Positions 1 through 10,965 are shown, counted from the first letter of the stretch. The stretch: DNA of 64,000 bases from Limnothrix sp. BL-A-16 (GCA_041937175.2 CP166615.1:3616001-3680000), one strand, 5' to 3'. The notes: a model not told the origin generated them from the sequence alone. Numbers and translations are program-made.

Positions 1-144
1 GATTTACCTGGAGACTTTGCAGATTTAGCATTGGTAGCTATTTCAGAACGATTACGAATTGCAGAAATTGCAACTTTAGATAAGGATTTCGATGTGTATC
101 GTCGCTACCGCAAAGAGCCTTTCATTCGGGTCTTTCGCCCCTAA
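1..144 (+). CDS. PIN-domain (VapC-like) toxin, C-terminal fragment cut by the window edge
   Basis: Frame 1 reads DLPGDFADLALVAISERLRIAEIATLDKDFDVYRRYRKEPF..stop; DFAD and TLDxDF are PIN C-terminal motifs. Confidence 0.8.
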   Translation, partial: DLPGDFADLALVAISERLRIAEIATLDKDFDVYRRYRKEPFIRVFRP

Positions 145-374
145 CTTGATCAAACTCAGGTTACACATTACCCAACTATCTGCTCGCTAGTGAAGTCTAG
201 CGGCATGAGATCGCGCGGAATTTGTGGAGAGTGGGTTCCCTGAGGGCGGCCAGTTCATAAACAGGAAGTGCCCCCGCGATCGGGTAGAGCATGGGCCGCA
301 TACTGGATTTATTCGCGATCCGGCGTTCTGCCAAGTTTTGGAGGCCCGGCTGCTCACCATCAGGAGATGCTGCC

Positions 375-791
375 ATGAAAACCAACCGATTTTTCTCGAT
401 TTTGACCGCCAGCCTGGCGATCGTTACGATCGTGCCTTGGGCAGCGCCGGCCCGGGCCGATTTGATTGCCCTGGGGCCGGGCATGAGTGAACCGATTCTT
501 CGATCGGGCACGGCCGGCGGCAGCACCAGCACCAGTTGTGGCTTTGTGGCCGGTGCGCCCAACCATCGCTTGGCAGTGGGTCAGGATTTTGGCTCTCTGC
601 GGGTGAAGGTGCAGGGGGGTGATGGGTTAACGCTGTTGGTGGTGGGGCCGAGCGGTCAATTTTGCATTCCGGCGGCTAATGGGGTGGCGGAAATGCCGGG
701 CTATTGGAGCGCGGGCAACTATGAGATTTTTGTGGGCGATCGCAACCCCAGCGGCCGCCAACCCTATCAACTCTCGATTTCCACTAATTAA
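375..791 (+). CDS. Secreted hypothetical protein (signal peptide, small beta-rich domain)
   Basis: ATG at 375 follows AGGAG; hydrophobic signal ending APARA; rest of ORF 291..791. Confidence 0.7.
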   Translation: MKTNRFFSILTASLAIVTIVPWAAPARADLIALGPGMSEPILRSGTAGGSTSTSCGFVAGAPNHRLAVGQDFGSLRVKVQGGDGLTLLVVGPSGQFCIPAANGVAEMPGYWSAGNYEIFVGDRNPSGRQPYQLSISTN

Positions 792-834
792 TTGCCTAGT
801 GCTCAAGATTAGGGATCGAAAACTGCATGAGCGT

Positions 835-1248
835 TCAATAGCGTTGGTCGGGTGGGGTGGCATCCCGTAGCTCTCGTTTGCCCACCTCCACCGCTTGCAC
901 ATCGATCGTGCCGGGAGCCGATTGGCGCTGCACCGTTTGCCCCAACCCACTCAGGGTCGTGCCGCAGTTGGGACAGTTGCTGCTGAAGCCGCGCAGGGTG
1001 GTGACGGGATAGCCACAGGCGGGGCAGGGGCCGGCCACCAAGTTGCGCCGCAGCCACCATAAACCGACCACACTGAGCACGATCGGGGTCAAAATCACCA
1101 GCAACAGCAACCAACCGATCGCCTGTACCACCACCCCTAAGCCGATCGCATTCAGCAGCCCGATCGCCCCTAAAATCAGCAACCAGGGCCCCAGGGCCGC
1201 GATCAGAATGGGCCAAGCTTGGGTTGATTTCCAATTAAAACGGTTCAC
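835..1248 (-). CDS. Hypothetical membrane protein with zinc ribbon
   Basis: Two hydrophobic segments, then CPACG..CPNCG and a C-terminal GTIDV motif typical of a conserved cyanobacterial family. Confidence 0.75.
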   Translation of the reverse strand: MNRFNWKSTQAWPILIAALGPWLLILGAIGLLNAIGLGVVVQAIGWLLLLVILTPIVLSVVGLWWLRRNLVAGPCPACGYPVTTLRGFSSNCPNCGTTLSGLGQTVQRQSAPGTIDVQAVEVGKRELRDATPPDQRY

Positions 1249-1478
1249 GATCGGGTCAGCCTCTCAGCGAAACAATAGGGGCGATCGGGGTTTCTCAGAA
1301 TTTGTTATTTAACTGTTAATTAGCCCCAACAATAATCCCAAGGTGCAGCAATGCCATGTTCAGCGCTGAGCCGTCTGGAATGCAGAAAATACCCCATTTC
1401 CAGTATGGGCCGCAGGGGTGGCCAACCCAAGCCGATCGGGGGTGAGGTTGCCCGGCGAGATCGGGCGGGATCGCCCCC

Positions 1479-2774
1479 CTAGCGAAGGGTAGTTTTTGAG
1501 GCAATGCGGGTCTTTTTGCGATCGGCCTCCGACAGGTCATCGCCCGCCTGGAGTTTGGTGGCCTGGGTTTGCAGCACCGTCGCCGCGTTGCGATCGCCCA
1601 TTTGCAAAGCCGTTTGGGCCGCCGCTTGCAGCATGGTCACCGCCCCTTGGCGATCGCCCGTTTGCAGCTTGGTTTCAGCAATTTGGGTTTGGCGATATTT
1701 GGCCAATGCGCCGATGTGAGCCTGTACTGGGGCATTGGGAGCCGGGTGAAAGAGTTCGAGCGATCGCCCCATCACCGCGATCGGTTCCGACAGCACATCC
1801 ACCTGACCCGTCGCCGGATCGTCATAACAAACCTGCACCTGAACCAACCGATGATCCCCCGGCGGCACCTGGGCCACATAGGCATTCACCAACACCACCC
1901 GCGGCCCATCCACCATCAAATCGCCCAACCGCACCTCCAGCCGACCATCGGGCAACTCCTGCGCCGTCAGTTCCACCGTTTCCGGGGCCACCTGGGCGAT
2001 CGGCTTCAGCTCCGCCAAGCGCACAGGTGACTCCAACGCCAACAACAACCGCGCATTGGTTAACTGCACCGACTGCACCCGAGCCAAGAGCGTTTCAAAG
2101 GCGGCGGGTGCATCTTCCGGCTGTTCGATGTAGCAGAGGGCCCCGGCTCCCGCGTCGGCAATCTGTTCCAGGGTGTCTTGGTTCCAATGGCTGCCGAATC
2201 CGAGGCAATGGACTGAAATGCCGTAGCTCGCGGCCAATTCCGCCATCTTTAAGCAGCGGGGATCGTTGCCATGCTCGTTTTCCCCATCGGTTAGCAGGAA
2301 AATTTGCGACACCGAGGGCGCAGTGGGCAAAATTCCGCTGTGATCGACGTTGACGTTGCCCAAAAGGCCCGATTCCTTACGCGATCGCGCCAGTTCTTCA
2401 ATGCCCAGCTTCAGGCCTTCATCAATGCAAGTGCCGCCGCCGGCCGCTAAACCCTCGATCGCCTGCAAAATTGACAGCGGCTCCGGGGCCACTTCCTGAC
2501 AAGGCAAAATCACTTGGGCCTCGTGGTCAAAGGCCACCAACGACAGGCGATCGCCCAGGGCCAACTGACCCACCAACTGACGCGCCGCCGCTTTCACCAT
2601 CTCCATCGGTCGGCCGCGCATGGAACCGCTGCGATCGAGAATCAAGCACAGGTTCGATCGCACCCGCCCATGGCCGGCCTGGGCCGCCACCGAAATCGCC
2701 AGTTGCCGCTGGTTACGGGCCAACTTGGCATCCAAATTGGCATCACTGAGGGCACATTGCACAAGGGCTGGCAT
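1479..2774 (-). CDS. von Willebrand factor A domain protein
   Basis: MIDAS motif DRSGSM, GGGT, LLTDG; start after CAGGAGG at 2774. Confidence 0.9.
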   Translation of the reverse strand: MPALVQCALSDANLDAKLARNQRQLAISVAAQAGHGRVRSNLCLILDRSGSMRGRPMEMVKAAARQLVGQLALGDRLSLVAFDHEAQVILPCQEVAPEPLSILQAIEGLAAGGGTCIDEGLKLGIEELARSRKESGLLGNVNVDHSGILPTAPSVSQIFLLTDGENEHGNDPRCLKMAELAASYGISVHCLGFGSHWNQDTLEQIADAGAGALCYIEQPEDAPAAFETLLARVQSVQLTNARLLLALESPVRLAELKPIAQVAPETVELTAQELPDGRLEVRLGDLMVDGPRVVLVNAYVAQVPPGDHRLVQVQVCYDDPATGQVDVLSEPIAVMGRSLELFHPAPNAPVQAHIGALAKYRQTQIAETKLQTGDRQGAVTMLQAAAQTALQMGDRNAATVLQTQATKLQAGDDLSEADRKKTRIASKTTLR

Positions 2775-3076
2775 GATTTGCACCTCCTGCCGGAGAAAAA
2801 ACGCATTGAACGCTGGCGGGCCCCAACCATCGCCATCCAAACGATAGCAAGGAACCCAACGCTGAAACCTTCAACCGCACTGAAGACCACTCATCACCCC
2901 AGCAACCGACGCGCCGGCAGCCCAAGGAATCGCCACCCCCAGCAAACCACCCACAGCAACAATTGATTGAGAACCATTGAGCAGCCACAAGCGATGGCTT
3001 TTTTCTAGGCTATGACTGAAGCGCGACCGGAATCTATTCTGAATCGTCCCGCTTTCTCCGGTTCTAACAAAATTCT

Positions 3077-3625
3077 ATGCAGAAGATTCACCCGAATCTG
3101 CGGCGATGGTTGCTTGGCCTCGTGAGTCCCATGGTGATGATCGGGGCGATCGGGCTGCCGGCCCAAGCGGAGACCGTTGCGCCCAGCTTTTTTCAAGGAT
3201 CTACTCCCCTCAGCCTCACACTTCAGGAATTGGACGATCAGTGGCGTGTATTCAGCGTCACGGGGCAAATTGAAACCAGCAACATGCTGTCCCTAACGGC
3301 GGCAATTTTCGGCGCATCGCCCAGCGACTATTACACCAAGGGCGAGATTGCGGAGGTGGGCGGCGAGCGCTTTTTGGTTGCCTACCGTGTCATGCCCGGC
3401 AGCATTACGGAACCGGCCGCCGTCAATGGCAGCACGCCGATTCATGTGTCGCTGATTCATCTCGATCAGGTGGCTTCTTTGAATGATTTCCGGCCCTTCA
3501 GCCTGGTGACGGAGATCGATCGCCTCAAGGCCCTCATCCAAAGCCGCGCCGCTTCGCCGTTCAATATGTTCAACGGTGGCGGCCCACCGCGCTCTTTGCC
3601 GCCCCTTCCCCGATCGACTCCCTAA
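3077..3625 (+). CDS. Secreted hypothetical protein
   Basis: Signal peptide ending PAQA; 182-aa ORF with plausible composition. Confidence 0.7.
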   Translation: MQKIHPNLRRWLLGLVSPMVMIGAIGLPAQAETVAPSFFQGSTPLSLTLQELDDQWRVFSVTGQIETSNMLSLTAAIFGASPSDYYTKGEIAEVGGERFLVAYRVMPGSITEPAAVNGSTPIHVSLIHLDQVASLNDFRPFSLVTEIDRLKALIQSRAASPFNMFNGGGPPRSLPPLPRSTP

Positions 3626-3697
3626 AACCTTTTCCGAAAACTTTTCAGGGCGATCCAAACCGATCGCCCTTCCGATCGCCTCAGAGCAGCCCAACCG

Positions 3698-4678
3698 CTA
3701 CAGACCTTCCACAACGGGTTTACCAAACCAGCGATCGCTCAGCTTCACGTACCAAGCCGCCGCCTGTACCTGGATGATGTAGCTCATAGAAATAATTAGG
3801 GCAATTTCAGCGCCCGCCTTAGCCCCAAATACCGTCATTGCAATAGCCAGGGCGATCGACAAATTACGCATCACCGTGCCATAGACCAGAGCGATCGCAT
3901 CTTCGCGGGAAAACCAAATTTTGCCCACCACCGTACTCAACACAAAGTTGATCAGGTAAATCAGCATCAACGGCCCGAAATAGCCCAGAAACACGAGCGG
4001 TGAAGCCACAATCGCCTTCGCTTTCAGCGCCATTGCCACAAACACAATTCCCAACACGCCTAGGGTTGAAAAGACTGGAAACTTTTTCTTCAGGTTTCCC
4101 TCATACTTTTGTTTTCCCACCGTTGAAATCAGCACTTTTTTCGTGACCAAACCCAAAATCATGGGCAAAAACACCACGATCGCAATTTGCTTAAAGGTTT
4201 CCATCAAGGGAATTTCAATGGCTCGTCCTAGCAAAGCTTGGGCATAGAGGGGCGTGGCCAGAGAACCTAAAATCAAGCCAATCACGGTCATTTGAATTGC
4301 GGCTGTCAGGTTTCCCTTCGCAAAGCCTGTCCAAGAAATGGTCATGCCGCTGGTGGGAAGCAATCCCGTTAACAACAACCCCAGCCAAATCAGCGGTTGA
4401 TCGCGGAAGAAAAGCCAGCCAATACCATAAGCCAAAAATGGCACAAGTCCAAAGTTAATAAACTGGGCAACCCCTTGCAGTTTCCAGTTTCCCCCAGCCA
4501 CCAACTTGCCAAATTGCAAGTTGATCATCATTGGATAAACCATGAGAAAGGTGAGGGGAACAATTAGATCCTTGAGTCCCCCCGGATCAGTGACGAGTCC
4601 AAATAAAATTCCTGCAGCCATGAAAATTGGCACTGACCAAATCAGTTGATTTTGCAGCAGTGCTAGTAATTTCCACAT
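3698..4678 (-). CDS. Acr3/bile-acid:sodium symporter family transporter (arsenic-resistance-like)
   Basis: About 10 TM helices; MVYPMM, NFGLVP, PTSGM and RNLSIALAIA motifs. Confidence 0.8.
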   Translation of the reverse strand: MWKLLALLQNQLIWSVPIFMAAGILFGLVTDPGGLKDLIVPLTFLMVYPMMINLQFGKLVAGGNWKLQGVAQFINFGLVPFLAYGIGWLFFRDQPLIWLGLLLTGLLPTSGMTISWTGFAKGNLTAAIQMTVIGLILGSLATPLYAQALLGRAIEIPLMETFKQIAIVVFLPMILGLVTKKVLISTVGKQKYEGNLKKKFPVFSTLGVLGIVFVAMALKAKAIVASPLVFLGYFGPLMLIYLINFVLSTVVGKIWFSREDAIALVYGTVMRNLSIALAIAMTVFGAKAGAEIALIISMSYIIQVQAAAWYVKLSDRWFGKPVVEGL

Positions 4679-4939
4679 ATTGATTGTTCTCCAAATTCTT
4701 GATGCTTGAATGACCTAACAGGGCAAATAAATTGAAGCATTGTTCAACCGGTTTAGGCTTTACCCGATCGCCCTTGATCACGCTTTCCAGTCAGATAAGA
4801 AACTAGACAACCAGCAACAAGACCACCGTCCCCCACGATTACCGTTTTGCCTGCAAGCAACTTTGGAGCGGGGGGTGAGACATGCGGGTTGCGGGCCGAC
4901 TCACGCGGGCGGTTCACTCAGCGGGCGATCGGGCAGGAG

Positions 4940-5323
4940 CTATAGCTGTTCCATCACCTTGTCCATCAAGGTTTTGGCTTCCAGAGCAAGACCCTTGGCC
5001 TCTGGGTTTTCAAGGGCTGCAAACATGACTGTGGGGTCGATCGCAGACACTTCCACAGTTCCGCCCGCCTGTTCTTGCACCACCACATTGCAGGGATAGA
5101 AAACGCCGGCTTTGTCTTCCGCTTGCAAGATGCCGTAGGCAATGCGTGGATGGCAGGCTCCCAGGATGGTGTAGCGCCGGAATTCCGCATCGAGTTTTTG
5201 TTTAAAGGCCGCTTTGGCATCAATTTCCGTCAGCACCCCAAAGCCTTGCTGTTTGAGGGCTTCTTTGGTGTGGGTAATGGCTTCATCAAAGGGCAGATTC
5301 AGAACTTTGCTGAGGTGATACAT
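4940..5323 (-). CDS. DUF302 domain protein
   Basis: GFGVLTEID, YTILGACHP, PCNVVV and AIDP motifs. Confidence 0.9.
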   Translation of the reverse strand: MYHLSKVLNLPFDEAITHTKEALKQQGFGVLTEIDAKAAFKQKLDAEFRRYTILGACHPRIAYGILQAEDKAGVFYPCNVVVQEQAGGTVEVSAIDPTVMFAALENPEAKGLALEAKTLMDKVMEQL

Positions 5324-5560
5324 CTGAAAAAACTCCGCAATGGGTAATAGAGGTGGTTTGGGGCAATTCCGTCAGCCCCAGGGCAAAAACCCAGCAGATG
5401 GGAAAAGACGGGGCGATCGCAGGCAAGACAATCAACCCCTGGAAATCTTGCCAGCCGGGGGATTTGGGGATTCGGAGGAATTGCGATCGGGACTTGCTGC
5501 TTTCTGTATAATAAACTATATAACTAAATAAGCAAGTACGAAACAAGGGAGCACCCGGCA

Positions 5561-6883
5561 ATGGCACAGGTAATCGTGATCGGTGCAGGATTAGGCGGTT
5601 TGCCCACGGCCTATGAACTGCGACATTGGCTCAAGGGCGGGCATCAAATTACCTTGGTGTCTGACCGTCCCCAGTTCACCTTCATTCCGGGCCTGATTCA
5701 GGTGGCCTTGGGCAAAATTCCCCTGGAGCATGTGCAGCTTGATGTGGCTTCCCTCTGCCAGCGCCATGGGTTGGAGTGGGTGGACAGTGCGGTGGTGCGG
5801 GTGGATCCCGATCGACAAACGGTGCAGCTCGCCAATGATCAGGTGCTTTCCTACGACTACTTAGTCATTGCCAGCGGCCCTTCATTGGCTTTTGATGAAA
5901 TCCCCGGTTTGGGGCCCCACGGGGGTTATACCCAGTCTGTTTGCAATCCCGCTCATGCGCTGATCGCCCGGGAGGCCTGGGCAGCTTTTCTGGAAAATCC
6001 GACGGATTTGGTGGTGGGAGCCGCGCCGAAAACCGGTTGCTTGGGGCCGGGTTATGAGTTTGCACTGCTGGCCGATGAGGAATTGCGCAAACGCGGCCTG
6101 CGGGATCAGGTGACGATTACCTACATCACACCGGAACCCTACGCGGGCTATTTGGGACTGCCGGATCTGTATATGGCTCGCGAGCTAACGGAAGGAGCTC
6201 TGGCAGAGCAGGGGATACAGGTGGTGACCAATGCGGAGATCGATCGAGTGTTGCCCGATCGAGTGGAACTCGCCGATGGTCGCCAATTCCCCTTTGGCTA
6301 CGCGATGATTTTGCCCGCTTTCCGGGGAGCGGAATATGTGCAGGCTTCTGGGTTAGGGAACGATCGGGGCTTTATTCCGATCCTGCCCACCCAGCGCCAC
6401 CGAGACCACGAGCGGATCTATGCCCTGGGGGTGAGTGTGCATCTGGAGCAGCCCTATCACACACCTGTCCCGATCGGGCTACCCAAGAGCGGCCAAATGA
6501 CCGAAGCCATGGGCGCAGCGGTGGCCTACAACATCGCCGTGGACTTGGGATCTTTGCCCCGTCCACACCAAGTTCCTACCCTCGAAGCCCTTTGCTTTGC
6601 GGAATTTGGCCAAACCGGCATTGCCTACATTGCTGCCCCAATTTTGCCTGATCCCGTTAGTGGCCAACGACGCTATTCCTACGCCACCCGAGGCGCTTGG
6701 GTGAATTGGGCAAAAGCAGCCTTTGAACGCTACTTCCTACTCAAAATGCAATGGGGAATTGGGCTACCCTGGTTTGAACTGTGGGGGCTAAAGCTTTTAT
6801 TTGGCCTTTCGCTCCTGCGGCCCATTTCCCAATCCTTTGAGCCAAACACTGGCTCTCATCTTCATGCCCCGCACCACACCTAA
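5561..6883 (+). CDS. sqr: Sulfide:quinone oxidoreductase (type I-like)
   Basis: FAD motif VIGAGLGG; cysteines in QSVC, CLGPGYEF and ALCFAEFG; PKSGQMTE; KAAFERYFL C-terminus. Confidence 0.88.
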   Translation: MAQVIVIGAGLGGLPTAYELRHWLKGGHQITLVSDRPQFTFIPGLIQVALGKIPLEHVQLDVASLCQRHGLEWVDSAVVRVDPDRQTVQLANDQVLSYDYLVIASGPSLAFDEIPGLGPHGGYTQSVCNPAHALIAREAWAAFLENPTDLVVGAAPKTGCLGPGYEFALLADEELRKRGLRDQVTITYITPEPYAGYLGLPDLYMARELTEGALAEQGIQVVTNAEIDRVLPDRVELADGRQFPFGYAMILPAFRGAEYVQASGLGNDRGFIPILPTQRHRDHERIYALGVSVHLEQPYHTPVPIGLPKSGQMTEAMGAAVAYNIAVDLGSLPRPHQVPTLEALCFAEFGQTGIAYIAAPILPDPVSGQRRYSYATRGAWVNWAKAAFERYFLLKMQWGIGLPWFELWGLKLLFGLSLLRPISQSFEPNTGSHLHAPHHT

Positions 6884-7238
6884 TTCCCTGTTGAACTTGT
6901 CGGCTGAAATGACTCTCGCTGCGGCCAGCCCTGATTTAGATCGACTCGCTGACCTGTTCAAATTGTTGGGCGATCGCAGTCGATTGGGAATTCTTTGGCG
7001 CATTTGCCAAGGTGAGTGCAATGTTACCGAAATTAGCGAATCAACGAGTCTGAGCCAAGCCAACGTTTCCAAACATTTGCAAATGTTACGAATGGCTCGG
7101 TTGGTAGCCTGTCGGAAGGAAGGAAATGCGCGAATTTACTTTCTTTCTGATCAGAAATATTTAGGGCTTTGTGCTCAATCATTGATTGATCTTTCCACTT
7201 TTTCCCCACCGGAGATTTCCACATGCGACGAATCCTAA
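6864..7238 (+). CDS. ArsR/SmtB family transcriptional regulator
   Basis: FKLLGDRSRL..SQANVSKHLQML..RKEG winged HTH; several Cys; start could be 6864 or 6909. Confidence 0.88.
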   Translation: MPRTTPNSLLNLSAEMTLAAASPDLDRLADLFKLLGDRSRLGILWRICQGECNVTEISESTSLSQANVSKHLQMLRMARLVACRKEGNARIYFLSDQKYLGLCAQSLIDLSTFSPPEISTCDES

Positions 7239-7822
7239 TGGTTGGTATCAGTCTGATTTGGGCGATCGCCCTCAATTGCGCGATCGCCCCGGTAGCCCAA
7301 GCCAACGCCAGCCCCGAGCAATTGACCAAAGCGGTGGAAGCCATTGAAAACCTCGATGCTCTGCGATCGGGACTCGCCTCCACCTTGGAAGGCCAAACCG
7401 CTCCCCCCACTGCCGAAACCATGAAAGCCGTGTGTAAGCCAGTGGGAATGGAAGCCAAACGGATCGCCCAAACGGAAGGTTGGCAGTTGCGCCAAGTTTC
7501 CCAAAAGTATCGAAACCCAGAACATCGGCCCCAGAACGCCACAGAATTAGCGGTCTTAGAACAGTTTTCAGCCAATCCCGAATTACAAGGTTTGTGGCAG
7601 CGAGGCCAGGTGAATGGCCAGCCTGGAATGCACTATTTTCGCCGCATTAATGTATCGCCTGGTTGTTTAGCTTGTCATGGGCAAAAATCCCGCCGGCCCA
7701 AATTTGTAGCCGACAACTATCCCGAAGATCTGGCCTACGATTTCAAGCCCGGTGATTTGCGAGGAATGTACGCCACCTTTATTCCCGATTTAGCGGCCGC
7801 TTTGACTGAATCCGGATCATAA
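7223..7822 (+). CDS. Tll0287-like / DUF3365 exported c-type heme protein
   Basis: Signal peptide, VCKPVG, RQVSQKYRNP, CLACHG heme motif, GDLRG. Confidence 0.85.
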   Translation: MRRILMVGISLIWAIALNCAIAPVAQANASPEQLTKAVEAIENLDALRSGLASTLEGQTAPPTAETMKAVCKPVGMEAKRIAQTEGWQLRQVSQKYRNPEHRPQNATELAVLEQFSANPELQGLWQRGQVNGQPGMHYFRRINVSPGCLACHGQKSRRPKFVADNYPEDLAYDFKPGDLRGMYATFIPDLAAALTESGS

Positions 7823-7957
7823 TTTTCAGTCCACCATATTTGGCCTGTAGGGCGTTAAACGCCTGACTGAATCCCGGGTTGAAGCTTGATGATCACGCCT
7901 TTCAAAAGTATTTCCAAGCGTCACAAAAGATTCCCAAACAATTGGCAGGAAAAGACC

Positions 7958-8200
7958 ATGCAGATTCAAGCGCTCGTGACCCATGACATGACATTAATGA
8001 GCGATCGCACCAGTATGACGATCGTGGGGCAACGGATCTGTCATTTGACCAACGAGGTGCATTTGAGCTTTGCGTTAAAACAGCCTCAATCACTGGATGA
8101 TTGTTTGGGGCAAACGGAATCGCTGTGTTTGGTAATGTCCGATGAGGACGCGCGGCTGTTGGGGCGATTGCTGTTGGATTTGGCGACGACAGAGGATTGA
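7958..8200 (+). CDS. Small hypothetical protein
   Basis: ATG after AGGA; 80 aa; no motif recognised. Confidence 0.55.
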   Translation: MQIQALVTHDMTLMSDRTSMTIVGQRICHLTNEVHLSFALKQPQSLDDCLGQTESLCLVMSDEDARLLGRLLLDLATTED

Positions 8201-8711
8201 CTTAGGCCATAGGGCGATCGACCGTCGCAGCCCATTGCTCGATCGGCTCGATCGTCCACAATTCCACTCCTGAGTCACGAGCAGCCAAACCGTCTCTCAG
8301 TCCCCAATCAGCAGAAAATCAAGTCATGCAGACTCGAACAGCATCAAGATCCTGACTTGAGTGCTGTTCTTTCGGCATGGGAGGCTGTAACAAAGTTGAC
8401 TCATCCCTCAACAGAAAATAATCCCGCCCTTGCGGTTTAATAGATCGTTGTAGTGGCTCAAGGGGTAGTAGTGATTTATACATTCGCCATGTCATCATTT
8501 GCCAAATTGTAGTAACAACAGAGGGTAATGAGCTGGATATGCCCCCTATCGCAGATTAGACAAAGCATTTATTATTTTTCGCTCATGAAACTTAACTTGA
8601 TCGTCAGTGTCGGTCAGGTAATAATTCCTGTTGAAAGATGACTGACATCGTAAAGCTTTCAGGGCACTCAAGCCAATCACATTGATCAGTCCCCTTGCGG
8701 AGGAAAGGCAC

Positions 8712-9878
8712 ATGCTCAAAACAATTCTTGGTCATAGCGATGATCCTGACTCCCAAGATGCTATTGAAGAAGTGCTAGAACAATGTACCCGTGAATTAGC
8801 GGGAATGCTGCCCAAGGCAGGACTATTATTTGCGGCTATTGATTTTGATCATGCCTTAATTTTACAAAAAATCAATCAGACTTTTCCGAATTTGCAACTC
8901 ATTGGTTGCACCACTGATGGAGAGATCTCTTCGATTTTAGGGTTTCAACAAGACTCGCTGACCCTAACGTTGTTTTGCTCAGACACCGTGGAAATTTATG
9001 CGGGTGTGGGTCGCCAAACCGAACAGGACGCGATCGCCGCTGCTCGCCAGGCCGTGCAGCAAGCCACCGAAAAAAGCCTAACCCCCGCAAAGCTCTGCAT
9101 CACAGTTCCAGCCAGTTATACGGCCGATGGTTCAACAACCAGCGGCGAGCAAATTCTGAAAGGATTGGAGCTGGCTTTAGGGAAAAATGTCCCCGTTGTG
9201 GGTGGCACCGCAGGCGATCAATTTCGATTCAAAAAAACCTATCAATTTTTTGGAACAGAAGTTTTCACCGATGCTCTGCCGGTTCTGATTTTTGCTGGAG
9301 ATTTGCGCTTTTCCCATGGCACGGGCTGCGGTTGGCAGCCCATTGGCTCCAAGAGCACAGTCACCAAATCTCACAACACAGTTTTGTATGAAATTGATGG
9401 TCAATCGGCACTGAAGTTTTATCAAAAATACTTGGGCGATCGCTCTCCTACCGCAGAGCATCCTCTCTATGTTTATGAAGGAGATAGCGATCGCTGCTAT
9501 CTACGAGTCCCCAACACCTGCGACCTAGAAACCGGCAGCATTAATTTTTTGGGAAATATTCCCCAAGGCGCAACTGTGCAACTGGCTGAAATTAGCCGAG
9601 ATCAAGTGATTGCTGCCTCTGAAACTTCTTTCAAAATGGCTCTAGACAATTATCCTGGAACAGAGCCAGAGGCAGTGTTGCTTTTCTCTTGTTGTTGTCG
9701 TCGTTGGTTGTTGGGAACCCGAGCCAAGGAAGAATATGATTTAGTCAAAAATGCGCTACCTAAAATTATGCCGATCGCGGGCTTTTATACCTATGGCGAA
9801 TTTGCACCGCTTCAACAACAGGGTTCTAATTACTATCACCAAGAAACTTTCATTACCTTGCTTTTAGGCACAGCATAA
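8712..9878 (+). CDS. FIST N/C domain sensor protein (NosP-like)
   Basis: IGCTTDGEI, GGTAGD, GWQPIG, SCCCRR, GFYTYGE and HQET motifs. Confidence 0.9.
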   Translation: MLKTILGHSDDPDSQDAIEEVLEQCTRELAGMLPKAGLLFAAIDFDHALILQKINQTFPNLQLIGCTTDGEISSILGFQQDSLTLTLFCSDTVEIYAGVGRQTEQDAIAAARQAVQQATEKSLTPAKLCITVPASYTADGSTTSGEQILKGLELALGKNVPVVGGTAGDQFRFKKTYQFFGTEVFTDALPVLIFAGDLRFSHGTGCGWQPIGSKSTVTKSHNTVLYEIDGQSALKFYQKYLGDRSPTAEHPLYVYEGDSDRCYLRVPNTCDLETGSINFLGNIPQGATVQLAEISRDQVIAASETSFKMALDNYPGTEPEAVLLFSCCCRRWLLGTRAKEEYDLVKNALPKIMPIAGFYTYGEFAPLQQQGSNYYHQETFITLLLGTA

Positions 9879-9885
9879 AAGTCCC

Positions 9886-10965
9886 ATGGAAGCCAATGCT
9901 GATCAGCAAAAGCTACGAGAGTTAGAGAAGCAGGTACGAGTTCTCACGAAAAAATTAGAGCGTTCAGAGGCCGATCGGCGACAACTGGAAGATACAAGCG
10001 AAGAAAGAGAACGTATCCTTAAAGGTGTTATTCGAGATTTTGAACTAGCCCAAGCCAATCTAGAGCATCGCACTCGCGAACTAGAGGTGGCGCTGAGGGA
10101 TCTCAAGCAGTTACAAGTCAAACTAATTGAGTCTGAGAAAATGTCAGCCTTGGGTGTGCTGGTGGCTGGTGTTGCCCATGAAATCAACAATCCCATTAAC
10201 TTCATCCATGGCAATTTAACCTATATCAAAACTTACACTCAGAACCTATTAAAGCTTGTTACTGCCTATCAAAAATATGTTTCTAGCCCTATTCAGGAAT
10301 TACAAGATTTGAGGGAAGACATTGATCTTGACTTCCTGCAAGATGACATGATTAACATTCTCAGATCAATGCAAACCGGGAGTGAGCGAATTCAAAAAAT
10401 TGTGCTCTCGTTACGTAACTTCTCACGGTTAGATGAATCCAAGTTCAAAGCAGTTGATATCCACGCAGGAATGGATAATACTCTGATGATTTTGCAGCAT
10501 CGGCTTCAGGCAACTGCAACTCGTCCGGCAATTCAAGTTAGAAAACAATATGGCAACTTACCCTTAGTGGAGTGCTATGCCGGATCGCTCAATCAAGTAT
10601 TTATGAATCTGCTGAATAATGCTATTGATGCGATTGAAGAATCCAATCAAGTCTGTACTGATCAAGAAATGCAGCATAGTTCTCATGCAATTTGGTTGCG
10701 CACGGAAGTTAATGATCAAGATCAAATTAAAATTACGATCGCTGATAATGGTCAAGGAATTCCTGAAGAGGTGCGATCGCGTATTTTTGACCCCTTCTTT
10801 ACAACGAAACCCGTCGGTAAGGGTACAGGTTTGGGACTTTCCATTAGCTATCAAATTATTACTGAAAAACATAAGGGTAAACTCTACTGTCATTCAACAA
10901 GAGGAGCAGGCACGGAGTTTATGATTGAAATTCCAGTGCGGCAACAGTCCCCAACCTCTCGATGA
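9886..10965 (+). CDS. Cytoplasmic histidine kinase without an input domain
   Basis: N-terminal coiled coil; H-box [34 protein letters not shown]. Confidence 0.93.
   Translation: MEANADQQKLRELEKQVRVLTKKLERSEADRRQLEDTSEERERILKGVIRDFELAQANLEHRTRELEVALRDLKQLQVKLIESEKMSALGVLVAGVAHEINNPINFIHGNLTYIKTYTQNLLKLVTAYQKYVSSPIQELQDLREDIDLDFLQDDMINILRSMQTGSERIQKIVLSLRNFSRLDESKFKAVDIHAGMDNTLMILQHRLQATATRPAIQVRKQYGNLPLVECYAGSLNQVFMNLLNNAIDAIEESNQVCTDQEMQHSSHAIWLRTEVNDQDQIKITIADNGQGIPEEVRSRIFDPFFTTKPVGKGTGLGLSISYQIITEKHKGKLYCHSTRGAGTEFMIEIPVRQQSPTSR

Noticed and set aside
8200..8400. Possible degraded PIN gene remnant on the minus strand (DFLLIGD-stop)
   Set aside because: The match is too short to support.
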